Positions 20,410-30,936 of a stretch of 64,000 bases of DNA are shown piece by piece. A program made the position numbers and the translations under genes. Every line of letters starts with the position of its first letter. The stretch's first letter is position 1. Origin of the DNA: an uncultured virus (IMG/VR IMGVR_UViG_3300028392_001454) (lineage: Duplodnaviria; Heunggongvirae; Uroviricota; Caudoviricetes; Crassvirales); IMG/VR virus record IMGVR_UViG_3300028392_001454, one strand, 5' to 3'. The notes beneath the pieces are model-generated. The model saw only the letters and a program-made list of their open reading frames with translations. It was not told the origin of the DNA and ran no database searches.

Positions 20410-20946
20410 TTAACAACTCTTACATCCACCGCTTCCACTTCCTGGTCTAGAGAATACTTTTCTAGATGTTCTATCTGGTGCTTTTCTCGAAACTTCCTCA
20501 CTTTCTTTTTTAGCTCTTTCTTTCCACTCAGAAACAGTTTCGTCTTCTTGTTTGTATTTATTATAATCTCTTTTAGTTACCTCGTCTTTTCTTTTTTGTT
20601 GCCAAGTTCTATTATCTCCTCTATTTGCAAGGTTTGATCCACTTAAAGGAGCTGTTATTTTATTTTCTCCATCAACAATACCTTTTGACATAGGTATAAT
20701 AGTAGTTATCTCTCTAGATCCACTTGAACCAGACACACGACTTGCTACCTTAGGGGTATTATTAGATCTAGTAACTGGTGTTGAAGATTTAGTAACTGGT
20801 TTAGCATTAGAAGAGGAACTTGAATTATTCCAATTCATCTTATAAGTTGTGCTTCCATTAGGATTTTTAATCTCAGTTCTAGTTACGTTACCTTTTCCAG
20901 GATCTGGAGTATCTGCTAACGGTGTATCTCTTCTAAGTAATCCCAT
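20410..20946 (-). CDS. Hypothetical basic, low-complexity protein
   Basis: 178-aa ORF with its own promoter; Ser/Thr/Lys/Arg-rich, ends GGCKSC. Confidence 0.55.
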   Translation of the reverse strand: MGLLRRDTPLADTPDPGKGNVTRTEIKNPNGSTTYKMNWNNSSSSSNAKPVTKSSTPVTRSNNTPKVASRVSGSSGSREITTIIPMSKGIVDGENKITAPLSGSNLANRGDNRTWQQKRKDEVTKRDYNKYKQEDETVSEWKERAKKESEEVSRKAPDRTSRKVFSRPGSGSGGCKSC

Positions 20947-20960
20947 TGTTTTAATTTTTG

Positions 20961-20968
20961 CAAAGTTA
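20961..20968 (-). promoter_or_regulatory. -7 promoter element TAACTTTG
   Basis: TAnnTTTG in the gap between the portal stop and ATG 20946. Confidence 0.65.
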
Positions 20969-20985
20969 TTGATTATTTTTATATA

Positions 20986-23421
20986 TTATCTAGGCGAAAA
21001 CTCAGCCAAGTCAAAACCATCTAAACTATCTTCTTCTGATTCAAAATCAATTGGAGGTAAGTTATTCTTACGTTGCTCAATCAATTTAGATTGCTGTGTA
21101 TTTTGAAGAGTAACTCTTTTATCTTTTGCTTGTTCTTTAAGAGTGTCCTTCATTTCTATATTCTTAGTGTCAAGACCTTTAAGCTGCATATTCATTTGGA
21201 ACTCAACCTCCATAAGGTGATACTTAAGCTCAGCCTCTTGCTTCATCTTCTCTATATCAAACTGAGTCTCTGCCTGTTTAACTTGCATCTTAGCTTGTGC
21301 CTCTGCTTGTATGTTCTGCATAGCTGTCTGTGCTGCCATCTGTTGAGACTGCATCTGAATCTGACCTTGAGCTTGTTGTTTCTGTTGCTCGTATGCTTGA
21401 GTCTCGTCTTGTCTCTTTTTCTTTTTAAGTTTTAGTAGCTGATTAGCTAACTTAAGATTCTTAATCTCTCTAATATCAATAGCATCTTCAAGACCAATAG
21501 AGTCTCTCTGAAGTGCCATCTGAATGTTAGCTTCAAGTTGTGCTTTTTCAGCCTCGTCTGGAGACATTTCTATGAATATACCAAAGTCATATATGTATAA
21601 GTCTTTAATATCGTCTAGTATAGATACATTGTATTTTCCTATCTGGTTAGCGAACTGCTCTTTAAAGTCAGAATACTCCAACACGTCAGCTACTCTTAAT
21701 GATATAGCCTCAGAAAGTGTTCTAGTCAAATATAAACTAGCATCTAGTATATGTCTTGTAGCTGTGTTTGAGTTAGCAGCAGCAAGTTTTTGTACTCCAA
21801 CCAAACTATTTGGATCTGGCATACTTCCATCACGAGCCTCGTTAAGACCTGTTACGTCTCTAATCATGCTCATATAATGGTTATATGTACCAACCAAGGC
21901 ACTTATCTTTCCTTGTCCGTTGTTTGAGTTAAGTTCTGTAATTGGAACTCTTGCATTATTAAACTCTCCATCTTGAGTATAGGATCTACCTATAACAGAT
22001 CCAGTCTGGAAGTACAACCTAAGTGCATCCTCTGGATTATATGCTTGACCATTTCCTAGGTCAACCTCATTAAGTCCATCGGCATCAATGAACACCCCAT
22101 CTGGTACCATCTTAGCAAGTACTTGTTGAAGCTTTAGGTGTGTTATCTGAATAAGATCGGCAAACGTTGTCATTCTACGAACTAATGACTCCACCTTACC
22201 TTTATACATTCTAGGTGCAACTGCCACATAGTTTGGCATTGCATATTGCGATGCGGATTTTGGTCGGACCATGTTCTTAGCCATCTCCCACTTAAGTACA
22301 TAGTTTGTACCCATAACCATAACTCCCTCGTACCAAACATCAATTCTTTTCTCTACCTTCTCGAATCTACCCTCCTCCATCATCTCCTGTGGTGGATTAA
22401 ACGTGTCTTCCTTAGGTATCATCTTAACCACTCCGTTATCGCTTATTTTTTTCTTATAAACAATTTTCTTAGTAGTCTTATAGTTATAGTATAACAAAGT
22501 AGCAGAGTCTCTATTGAATAAACTATTATTATAGTATTGTGCGGCATTATAATAATTATACCATGACTGACTGTGTAAAGAAATTTCTTCAAGCTGGTCT
22601 ATTGTTAAAGATGGATCAATTTTTAAAAGTTCTGTAATAGGTACGGTTTTAATCTCTCCCCAATAAAAACAATCTTTAAAGTATGGATCCTCAGTATATG
22701 AATAAACTATACTAGCTGGATCTACATAATCAATCTTAATTCCAGTACCTGGAAGGAACTGATGTCTAACGATACCTACACCGATTGTAGTGATATCATA
22801 GTCAACTCTTTTCCTAATATCCATGTACTTATTAGCATCAAGTACAGTGTTAATAGCTTCCTCTTCAGCTATCTCAATAGCTGGCTTATAGTTAAGCTGC
22901 ATATAAAGATTAAGCTCCTCATCTGTCTCTGGTAAATCGTCTGGGTTTGTGTTAAATGCGTTAATACCAAACTGATCCTTGATCTGATTTAGTAATGGTT
23001 TGGCAACCATATCAGTCTCGATCATGTCCTGGTACTTGTTTCTTTTAGCGGCAGACATAGCATCTTGTGCATATGCCTTAACATGAAACAGTCTGTCAGA
23101 CATTCCGTTAACAACGATGTCTACAAACTTAGGTATGATTGGAACTGGTGTCCAATCTAAATTCAAATAAGATAAATCTCCATCAACAGCAAGCTCGTTC
23201 TTGTACTTTTGTACGGACTGCTCACCTCTAGCATACAGCCTTAATCTATGATAGTCTGTCCATTGATCGTAAAATCTTGAACGCTGACCATCTTTTCTAA
23301 ACCACTCATATTGAATACTTTGTCCAATCTTTAGACCAAACTCTTTTGTTTCTTTCTCAGAGTCAGGAACATACTGAGTAGGAAACGGTATGTTTTTAAT
23401 ATCTATATCTACTTTTACCAT
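20986..23421 (-). CDS. Portal protein
   Basis: 811 aa directly after TerL; PIIPKFVDIVVNG, IRDVTGLNEARDG, Gln-rich C-terminal barrel helix. Confidence 0.85.
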   Translation of the reverse strand: MVKVDIDIKNIPFPTQYVPDSEKETKEFGLKIGQSIQYEWFRKDGQRSRFYDQWTDYHRLRLYARGEQSVQKYKNELAVDGDLSYLNLDWTPVPIIPKFVDIVVNGMSDRLFHVKAYAQDAMSAAKRNKYQDMIETDMVAKPLLNQIKDQFGINAFNTNPDDLPETDEELNLYMQLNYKPAIEIAEEEAINTVLDANKYMDIRKRVDYDITTIGVGIVRHQFLPGTGIKIDYVDPASIVYSYTEDPYFKDCFYWGEIKTVPITELLKIDPSLTIDQLEEISLHSQSWYNYYNAAQYYNNSLFNRDSATLLYYNYKTTKKIVYKKKISDNGVVKMIPKEDTFNPPQEMMEEGRFEKVEKRIDVWYEGVMVMGTNYVLKWEMAKNMVRPKSASQYAMPNYVAVAPRMYKGKVESLVRRMTTFADLIQITHLKLQQVLAKMVPDGVFIDADGLNEVDLGNGQAYNPEDALRLYFQTGSVIGRSYTQDGEFNNARVPITELNSNNGQGKISALVGTYNHYMSMIRDVTGLNEARDGSMPDPNSLVGVQKLAAANSNTATRHILDASLYLTRTLSEAISLRVADVLEYSDFKEQFANQIGKYNVSILDDIKDLYIYDFGIFIEMSPDEAEKAQLEANIQMALQRDSIGLEDAIDIREIKNLKLANQLLKLKKKKRQDETQAYEQQKQQAQGQIQMQSQQMAAQTAMQNIQAEAQAKMQVKQAETQFDIEKMKQEAELKYHLMEVEFQMNMQLKGLDTKNIEMKDTLKEQAKDKRVTLQNTQQSKLIEQRKNNLPPIDFESEEDSLDGFDLAEFSPR

Positions 23422-25710
23422 CTAATTTATTATCTCGCTAAATGATCCTTTATTATTATATCTTGCAAAGGTAATGCTTATTTTCGATTCTTTTTTAGAA
23501 GCAATGTACATGTGCTTCTGATTAGCCATAATAGCTAAGCCTGAGCTAATTGCAGCATCAAATTTAGTTCTATTATTAATATCGAACTTAGCCCAATCCT
23601 CTAAAGTTCTTGAGAAATACATCGATCCCATCTCCTCAGGATCTCTATACGTTCCCTCTAGGTCAAGACCTACATGCTTCTCTATATACGTCTCAATAGC
23701 CGATGCGTGTGCTTGCTTAATGTCCTCAGATGAGTTAGGTATACCTCCAAGCTCTCTCTCTGTCTTGGATAGGTTAGTAAAGTGTTTGTCTGGTCTGTTC
23801 ATAGAGAACCCTCTATATCCTCTGTTCTTAAAGTGATATAAAAGCCTTTGTTTGTTGTTCTCAATAAGAACTGGCATTCCGTAAAACACACATGCCATTA
23901 GTATCTCCTCAAAGAATATCTCTGCTGTTTGTGGTCTTGCAACATACTCAAGAAAGAACTGGTTACTTGGTGCATCGTCCATATTGAACTTAGTCATTCC
24001 ATGTAAAGATCCGTTAGATCCTCTGTTACCAACGGTTCCAGATATATCATATGGATCACATCCAAACGAACCTATGTGCTCGTTACCTGGATACTTCATT
24101 CCGTTCTTCTTAATTACATTATTTGTTATTTTTTTATTTGGTATCCAAGAAACAAGAAACCTACCCCTAATATCTGGAGTCCATATAACCTCTGTGTCAA
24201 GCTTACCATCCTTCCAGTGGAAAGAACCTCTTGTAAGAACCCTATCCTTTATTAAAGAGTCGTTATAATCGATCTGGTGGTATATCTTTGTAAGGTTAAA
24301 TAAAGATGACTTGGACTCATCTCTAAATGCGTGTCCTTCTGTTCTAGGAAACTGACGATAGAACTCATTCAATGCATCTGGATCACTCTTAAGTGAGTTC
24401 ACCTCATTGTTCCAGTAGTCAATAGCTCCAATCTTTATAGGTCTTCCATCCACTCCAATTACTGGAGTTTCTGGAGTTGTAAATACTGGATGACCGTATC
24501 TATCAATGTAACCCTCGAAGTTCCACTCCATAGGAATAAACAAAGAGTACATTCCAGACTTAGTCTGTCCGTTATTGTTTCTGTTTGATGGTATTGAGTC
24601 CTCGTATAGCTTCTTAAAGTTATCCCCTCCTTTTTCTAGTGCGTTTGATGTTGATCCCATCATACACTTACCAATGATTCTACTACCTAAACGAAGACAT
24701 GTCTTGGTTACTCGCCAGTTATTTAAGATATTATCAGGCTTAGTCCATTTACCACTCTCATCATGTATTAAAAGCTTAAGTTTCTCACCATCATAAGAGT
24801 TATCTGCAGTGTTCTTCCAGTCAATAGACGTGTCAAGACCTTCTATATTAGAGCTATCGCTCTCGAACATGTTCTTCTTTGTAATCTTAGACGCTGGTAC
24901 TCTGTAAGCAAGCTCTGTCTTAGGCTTGTCCATACCATCCATAATAGGCTTGAAAAAGAACGGATAGTTTGATGATATTGGAACAACCTTATCTGTAAAC
25001 ATTGTCTTGGCATCGGCTCCAGTCTTAGATAGTATCCCAATCCTTGCATCTTTTGCAAGAGTTGCCACATTTACCGACTCTCCTGATCCCATAAACGAGA
25101 ACCCAGAACGTCTGATCTTTAGATATATCATTCCGAAACATCTATCGTCAGCCTTACATGCCTCCCAATAAATAAAAAATAATCTGTTTGCTTCTCGAAA
25201 GTCAGGATGACCAACGTCAATCTTAGTCCACTGAAGGTACATATAGTGAGATCCAGTGATATAGGTAGGAACTCCATTATTCATAAAGAACATACCTTCG
25301 TCTCTTCTATTAAACTCCCCCTCTATATAATCAACCCACTTAGACTTGAACTCGTTAGGAGCTGCATGCCAGTTGAAGATTGTTTTTATATTACTAAGCT
25401 CTCTAGGATAATCAGCTGCCTCCCAGTACTGATTCTCTTTTTTTTCGTCCCTTTTATACACTGTTTTTGGGACGGATGGAAGTGCTATGTTTATTCCGTT
25501 CATGTTGTATATCTCTCCGATGGTACCATCTCTAGATATAACAATCATGTCGTACTTCTCATCATAACCATAAGCCCAACTCTTTGCTCTGTTCTTATTA
25601 GATAGAACACTTGTTGGGATATAATTCGATACTACTTGATGAAGTTTACTTTGATTTTCCTTCTGCAAACCCTCGTATTGTAGGCTCTTTAGGCTTTTCC
25701 GTTTCTCCAT
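23422..25710 (-). CDS. terL: Terminase large subunit (start uncertain)
   Basis: KIRRSGFS Walker A-like, LLIHDESGKW Walker B, MGSTSN coupling motif, GCDPYD and KFDAAI nuclease acidic residues. Confidence 0.92.
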   Translation of the reverse strand: MEKRKSLKSLQYEGLQKENQSKLHQVVSNYIPTSVLSNKNRAKSWAYGYDEKYDMIVISRDGTIGEIYNMNGINIALPSVPKTVYKRDEKKENQYWEAADYPRELSNIKTIFNWHAAPNEFKSKWVDYIEGEFNRRDEGMFFMNNGVPTYITGSHYMYLQWTKIDVGHPDFREANRLFFIYWEACKADDRCFGMIYLKIRRSGFSFMGSGESVNVATLAKDARIGILSKTGADAKTMFTDKVVPISSNYPFFFKPIMDGMDKPKTELAYRVPASKITKKNMFESDSSNIEGLDTSIDWKNTADNSYDGEKLKLLIHDESGKWTKPDNILNNWRVTKTCLRLGSRIIGKCMMGSTSNALEKGGDNFKKLYEDSIPSNRNNNGQTKSGMYSLFIPMEWNFEGYIDRYGHPVFTTPETPVIGVDGRPIKIGAIDYWNNEVNSLKSDPDALNEFYRQFPRTEGHAFRDESKSSLFNLTKIYHQIDYNDSLIKDRVLTRGSFHWKDGKLDTEVIWTPDIRGRFLVSWIPNKKITNNVIKKNGMKYPGNEHIGSFGCDPYDISGTVGNRGSNGSLHGMTKFNMDDAPSNQFFLEYVARPQTAEIFFEEILMACVFYGMPVLIENNKQRLLYHFKNRGYRGFSMNRPDKHFTNLSKTERELGGIPNSSEDIKQAHASAIETYIEKHVGLDLEGTYRDPEEMGSMYFSRTLEDWAKFDINNRTKFDAAISSGLAIMANQKHMYIASKKESKISITFARYNNKGSFSEIIN
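23466..23473 (-). promoter_or_regulatory. -7 promoter element TACCTTTG inside the terL 3' end, upstream of portal
   Basis: TAnnTTTG(CA) 45 nt upstream of the portal ATG. Confidence 0.55.
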
Positions 25711-25918
25711 TTAGTGCTGATTTCTCTTGTTCTATTCTACTAAGTATTGTGAACGCATCCTCTATAGCTAACTTCTTTGCAGCAGCAGCGTTTTTTAACC
25801 TGTCTGAGGCTAGATCACTACCGTCATCTGTTGGCTTAAGTATTTGTTCCTCTGCAACCTTTATAAGTTCCTCAACGGCTTTATATCCAGCATTTATGAT
25901 TCTAAGTTTTAATTCCAT
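25646..25918 (-). CDS. terS: Probable terminase small subunit
   Basis: 90-aa helical protein overlapping the terL start. Confidence 0.55.
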   Translation of the reverse strand: MELKLRIINAGYKAVEELIKVAEEQILKPTDDGSDLASDRLKNAAAAKKLAIEDAFTILSRIEQEKSALNGETEKPKEPTIRGFAEGKSK

Positions 25919-26475
25919 TTTACTGTTATGTTATTTGTAAACATTCTATAAAGTTTTTCTCCGTCTATAGTGAATGCGTACTCACTATCTGGCTCAAACG
26001 ATACCTCATCACCTTCCTTAAGACCTAACTCTAACAGCTCGTTATTGATGTACTTTATAGTTCCAACAAGAGGCTCTTCAGTTCCAGGTTTAATAATATA
26101 AGAATCTTTTTTTTCGGATGGTTTTATAAAGCAATACTTAGAGTGTGCGTTCCATTTATTGTCATGCTTATAAAGAAAGAACTGATCGTTCTCTATAAAG
26201 AATAGGTCATCCTTAAAAAAAGAGAACCCACTCTTAGCTCTACCCTTCATGTCGTAGTAGATCTTAAATACATTATGATGCACTAAAAGGATATCTCCAG
26301 GGACAATTTCCCCAGAGTACCCTAAAGGTGTCTCTATTACCTCTGCGAACCTATTAGAAGCAGTATGATCCTCCTGAGACGTACTTGTTATAAAGTCAAC
26401 ATCTCCGAGTTTTTTTATATTATCATACCTTCTCCCATTTACAGGTTTAACTATAAAATAGAATGGTGATTTCAT
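25909..26475 (-). CDS. Tandem GroES-like (co-chaperonin fold) protein
   Basis: Two repeats of a P..F.VKP...G.V...GD.V.F/H pattern (PGDILLVHHNV; EGDEVSF..IDGEKLYRM). Confidence 0.6.
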   Translation of the reverse strand: MKSPFYFIVKPVNGRRYDNIKKLGDVDFITSTSQEDHTASNRFAEVIETPLGYSGEIVPGDILLVHHNVFKIYYDMKGRAKSGFSFFKDDLFFIENDQFFLYKHDNKWNAHSKYCFIKPSEKKDSYIIKPGTEEPLVGTIKYINNELLELGLKEGDEVSFEPDSEYAFTIDGEKLYRMFTNNITVKWN

Positions 26476-26703
26476 TTAAAAGTTTATATTGTATTCAATA
26501 GCTGCTGGCATGTTAGAATTAAACTCTTTCCATAATAGGACCTCGTTGTTTTTTTCTATCCATATCTTTAGGCTTTGCTGTTGTCCGTCAAACTGAATTA
26601 GGTGTATGATATAGGTTTTATCCAATACAGGCTGTCCTACAATATAATGCATTGCATCATTTTTGTAGTCTTGACCTATAGATATTTTTCTAATATCTAT
26701 CAT
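26476..26703 (-). CDS. Hypothetical protein
   Basis: 75-aa ORF coupled to its neighbours (IRKISIG.DYK..AMHY). Confidence 0.7.
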   Translation of the reverse strand: MIDIRKISIGQDYKNDAMHYIVGQPVLDKTYIIHLIQFDGQQQSLKIWIEKNNEVLLWKEFNSNMPAAIEYNINF

Positions 26704-26936
26704 TTTATTTCTCCAGATTCTAGATTAACGGTAACATCTCCATACTTTTCAGTTAATGCCTTTTCTGCATCAGCAAAATCAGACGATAACTTCTCAAGTT
26801 CAGAGAATACAATAGTCTTTTTGTTTTCTAAGTTTCTTATAGCGATCTCAACATCTGCTATACTATTCTTAAGAGAGTTGAAGTTTTTGTTAAGTTCTCT
26901 TAAGTTTTCTAATTCTTGTGTTTCTAGTACTTTCAT
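26700..26936 (-). CDS. Small coiled-coil protein
   Basis: Heptad pattern, ends L.EKYG.V.VNL..GEI. Confidence 0.7.
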   Translation of the reverse strand: MKVLETQELENLRELNKNFNSLKNSIADVEIAIRNLENKKTIVFSELEKLSSDFADAEKALTEKYGDVTVNLESGEIK

Positions 26937-26952
26937 TTGATTTAATTTTTTA

Positions 26953-26960
26953 CAAAGATA
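26953..26960 (-). promoter_or_regulatory. -7 promoter element TATCTTTG
   Basis: TAnnTTTG upstream of ATG 26936. Confidence 0.7.
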
Positions 26961-26961
26961 A

Positions 26962-27114
26962 TCATTTTTTTAACTCTTGAATTTCATTATAAATTCTTAT
27001 AAGTTCGGCTTGTTTTTCAGCTAAAATTTCATCTCCTGTAAGTTCTTCAACTTCTATAAATTCAACTTTTACAAGTCCATTGTCATCGTAAATTTCGTTT
27101 CTTATCTGTTTCAT
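26962..27114 (-). CDS. 50-aa protein after the tail fibre (possible fibre chaperone)
   Basis: Manual translation MKQIRNEIYDDNGLVKVEFIEVEE...; fills the gap exactly. Confidence 0.6.
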   Translation of the reverse strand: MKQIRNEIYDDNGLVKVEFIEVEELTGDEILAEKQAELIRIYNEIQELKK

Positions 27115-27117
27115 ATC

Positions 27118-30100
27118 TTAAAAATTAATTCCTATAAATGGTATAGTTGCAGCACTTGTTAAAACAGGACTTGTCAATGTTGTAGGAGCAGATCCAAATG
27201 TTATAGTAGTTACAAGATAGCCTACATAAAGAGTTGTTCCACTTGATGAAAATTGATATAGTTGTGTATTATTATAAGCACTATAAAATGGAGTAGATGA
27301 GCTATGAATAGCCAACCAATATGTAGTACCTGCAACAAATGAAAATGCAGTTGTAGCAGTCTTAATTCCAATAGTTGAACAATCTAAATTAGCACTTTCA
27401 TAAAGTTTAGTAGTAGGTACACCATTAACATCGGAATAAATTAATATTCTTGCGTTTGCTGTTAACAATAAGGTTGTGACATTCATGTATAAACTTGCAC
27501 AAGTAAAAGAAATATTGGGTATATAAGGTAATAAAGTCATTCTATCCGCAACACCAGCAAGAGCATTTAAACTTCCTCCGCTGATGCTTAAATTTGTACT
27601 TCTTCCACTTGCTAAAGTTTTTAAAGTGTGAATACCAACTAGTTTATTATTAAACGTTGTCCAATCTGTAGAAGATAAAGCACCTCTATTACTTGATGAT
27701 GCTGTAGGTACATTCAATGTTATTACAGGTGTTGTTGTTCCATTTGCAACTGTAGAAGTTAAATCTGTTCCAGTTGTTCCTAATGTTAATGCTGCTACTG
27801 AAGTGACTGTTCCACTTGTACTAGATGTTCCAGCTCCAATAGCTGTTCTAAATGTTGCAGCATCTAATGTTGAAACTGTATTATCTGCATTTATTCTTGG
27901 GAATGTTATTGCAGATGGATTTGTAAGAGTAAATAAATTACTTCCAACTGTTGTAGCTCCTAATGAAGTTCTACCTGTTGATGCAGTTAATCCAGTTGCT
28001 CCACCATCCCATTTTAATCTATCTGTATATCCAGTATTAAAGTTTGTATAATCTGTTGTACTTAATAAACCTCTATTACTTGCTGAAGCTGTAGGTATAT
28101 TAAATGTATGTGTTGTTCCAGTAGAACTAATTGCAAAGTCAGTTCCACTTGTTCCAGTAGTTAATGTTTGAACAGCTCCTGTAAGGCTATTAATTGCTGT
28201 AAGACCTGTACCAGCCATAATACCACTCTGTTGTGTAACAGTTAATATAACTGATGGAATTATAGGATGTGCAAATGGAGATGTTTGTGCAACTTCATAT
28301 AACAATCTAACGTGAGTGTCTGGTGTGCTCCACATTAATTGATAGTAATCTCCTCCAACTACGCTTAACACATAATTCCAAGTAGCTATTATTGCAGATG
28401 CTGCTGCACCTCCTGCTAAAACTATTCTACCTCCACTTCCAGGTACATCTACTCCATTTTTTCTTAACCATATATCAACAGAATCAGTACCACTATTTGT
28501 TCTATCAAATTGTGCTGAAAATTGAATATTATAAACTCCTGTATTAGCAATTGTAATTCTTGTCAAATTAATACCATCACTTACTACTGTTATTCCATTA
28601 CTTAAATCAGTAATTCCTAACTTCATTGCGTATGGAGTATTTATTGCAGCAGCTGTTTGAATTGTATTGTCTTCAAACGCACCATAATACCCTGTTGGTG
28701 TTGCAGCTGGTTGAGCAGCCCATTTTAACCCTGTAGCTGTACTACTATCTGCTACTAACATTTGAGTATCTAATCCTACTGGAAGTCTTGTATTGGTTGA
28801 GTTATATGTAAATAAATCTCCTTTAGTTGTAAGAGGAGATGTAAATGTAGGTATTGTCCAACTTCTATTAGCAGTTAAATCATATGTAGTTCCATTAATA
28901 GTTAATGTTCTTGCATTTGTTACTGGTGTATATCCTAAAGCTGTAGTAACATCAGATGATGTTATTCCTGTTAAATATGTATTCGTATCTAAAGCAAATG
29001 TACCAGCAGCGGTCATTTTAACAAATGGCGTGCCAGTTGTCCAAGTTGGATAGTTTAATGCTCCCCAAGTACCTACAGTTGGTATTGTAGGGAATGTAGC
29101 TAATGTTCCATTTCCTCTAATATATTGTGATGTTGTTCCAGTTGGTATAGGAAAATATGTAGACGCAGCAGTTGCAGATGTTAAGTATGGAGATAATGCA
29201 CTTAATGTTATATATCCACTATCATTTATAAATGAAGATACATTTGTTGGAAATGTTGCTAATGAAAGATCTCCTCTTAAATATTGTGCTGTAGTTCCAG
29301 TTGTGATAGCATTTTGTTTAGCATTCCAAGTATTTGCTGATGCTATTCTTGAGTCTGCTAATGTACCAGTCCATCCTAATGTTAATGATACATCTTGAAG
29401 CAAAGCAGTAGAAGGACTTCCTCCTAATGTTAATGTTACATTCGTATCGTTTGTCTTAGTTAATGCGTGTGGTGTTATAGATGGTATATCACTAATTAAA
29501 GCTAATGTTCCTGCTGTATTAGGAAACTGATATATCTTGTCAGTAGTTAATAAGTCTGACTTTAATTGTGCTGTATTAGTATTTGTTTTTAAAGACAAAC
29601 TACCATCAGAACTTAATGTTAAACTTGTATTTAATAAAGTATTATCTAATCTTATATTATCATGTAATATATTAGATTTATTATCTCCTTCACTAACTAT
29701 AATACCTATGTTAGAAAGCAAGTCTATTCCAAGACTTCCATTACTAACGCTAAAATTATTATCCCCTAAATTAACATCTTGATTTGCTCCAGTGTAAGGA
29801 ACATATCCTGTTACAGACGGTATGTCATCAGTAGTAGCTATTGTTTTATCTCCAGTTTTATTTGGAAACTCTAAATTCAAATTAGATGTTAAGTTAGTAG
29901 ATTTAATTGTTCCTACAAAAGAACTTGTTTTAACTCCTACCTCACCACCTTGTCCTATATAAGTATAAGATCCTGTTGTTTTATTTTCAGATCCTACAGC
30001 AGAAGGCTCTACTAAAGAATAGTAATTACTATCCTCTACAGTAATTGAGTTAGTTGTATGGTTTCCAGCATCAGTTACTTGTTGTAAATTCTGTGTTCCT

Positions 30101-30936
30101 CCAGCTACAATACTTGACCAGTTATAAGATGTTCCGTTTAGGTTTAATGTGTCTAAATCAATAGTTAGATTATGAGATGCATTATTATTATCCACCAACT
30201 TTATGGTTGGAAAACTATTATTGTTTAGATATAGTGTTCTATTATTTGAAAAGTTTGTAGACTGAATGTCAGCATGACCTACACCTCCATAGTTAGATAT
30301 TCCATTTCCATTGTTTACAATATCTTGTAAAGTAAATGAAGGAATATCTTGATCAGTTATAAATGGATGAATACCATCCTCACCATCATTAATTAATTGT
30401 GATGTTCTTGTTTTTGATTGATTGTACTTATCCAAAACAAGAGATATAATGTAGTCGTTATCCTCTCTTATGAATCCATTACCGTCTATATAGGTAAGAG
30501 TTACATTAAAAAAGTTTGGCTCTGGTAAGTAAACCTCTACATTTGTTATTTCATATAATCCAAATAAGTTTGTATTGCTACCCTTAGATATAATAACCTT
30601 AGATCCATTAAGAAAGTTTACATACTCACTAACAATATTTCCTTTAAGAGTAGTATTGCTAAGCAAGAACGTTGTTATGGCAGAGAAGTCAACCTGTGGT
30701 CCTATCTCTGTTATAAAAGATATAGTACCAGGTCTTCTTGTCTCTAAAGGATCAAGAGTCTGGTATGTATATCTCAAAGCATTACCAGAATCTATAACTT
30801 GATTGTGGTTAAAATAATCGGCAACATTATCTGGACTAAAATTCTTTGTTGCATTGTAGTTCTGTGCATCAGATCCTATCCATCTATCGTTACCCTTGAC
30901 ATTAGTATCAAGACTATATATACTTATTTTTGTCAT
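27118..30936 (-). CDS. Long tail fibre protein
   Basis: Thr/Gly-rich modular repeats (GTTAQYLRGD, ALGYTP, IPTAS..NRG.LS.TD, TLQQVT..GN); start taken at MTKISIY (ATG 30936). Confidence 0.8.
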   Translation of the reverse strand: MTKISIYSLDTNVKGNDRWIGSDAQNYNATKNFSPDNVADYFNHNQVIDSGNALRYTYQTLDPLETRRPGTISFITEIGPQVDFSAITTFLLSNTTLKGNIVSEYVNFLNGSKVIISKGSNTNLFGLYEITNVEVYLPEPNFFNVTLTYIDGNGFIREDNDYIISLVLDKYNQSKTRTSQLINDGEDGIHPFITDQDIPSFTLQDIVNNGNGISNYGGVGHADIQSTNFSNNRTLYLNNNSFPTIKLVDNNNASHNLTIDLDTLNLNGTSYNWSSIVAGGTQNLQQVTDAGNHTTNSITVEDSNYYSLVEPSAVGSENKTTGSYTYIGQGGEVGVKTSSFVGTIKSTNLTSNLNLEFPNKTGDKTIATTDDIPSVTGYVPYTGANQDVNLGDNNFSVSNGSLGIDLLSNIGIIVSEGDNKSNILHDNIRLDNTLLNTSLTLSSDGSLSLKTNTNTAQLKSDLLTTDKIYQFPNTAGTLALISDIPSITPHALTKTNDTNVTLTLGGSPSTALLQDVSLTLGWTGTLADSRIASANTWNAKQNAITTGTTAQYLRGDLSLATFPTNVSSFINDSGYITLSALSPYLTSATAASTYFPIPTGTTSQYIRGNGTLATFPTIPTVGTWGALNYPTWTTGTPFVKMTAAGTFALDTNTYLTGITSSDVTTALGYTPVTNARTLTINGTTYDLTANRSWTIPTFTSPLTTKGDLFTYNSTNTRLPVGLDTQMLVADSSTATGLKWAAQPAATPTGYYGAFEDNTIQTAAAINTPYAMKLGITDLSNGITVVSDGINLTRITIANTGVYNIQFSAQFDRTNSGTDSVDIWLRKNGVDVPGSGGRIVLAGGAAASAIIATWNYVLSVVGGDYYQLMWSTPDTHVRLLYEVAQTSPFAHPIIPSVILTVTQQSGIMAGTGLTAINSLTGAVQTLTTGTSGTDFAISSTGTTHTFNIPTASASNRGLLSTTDYTNFNTGYTDRLKWDGGATGLTASTGRTSLGATTVGSNLFTLTNPSAITFPRINADNTVSTLDAATFRTAIGAGTSSTSGTVTSVAALTLGTTGTDLTSTVANGTTTPVITLNVPTASSSNRGALSSTDWTTFNNKLVGIHTLKTLASGRSTNLSISGGSLNALAGVADRMTLLPYIPNISFTCASLYMNVTTLLLTANARILIYSDVNGVPTTKLYESANLDCSTIGIKTATTAFSFVAGTTYWLAIHSSSTPFYSAYNNTQLYQFSSSGTTLYVGYLVTTITFGSAPTTLTSPVLTSAATIPFIGINF

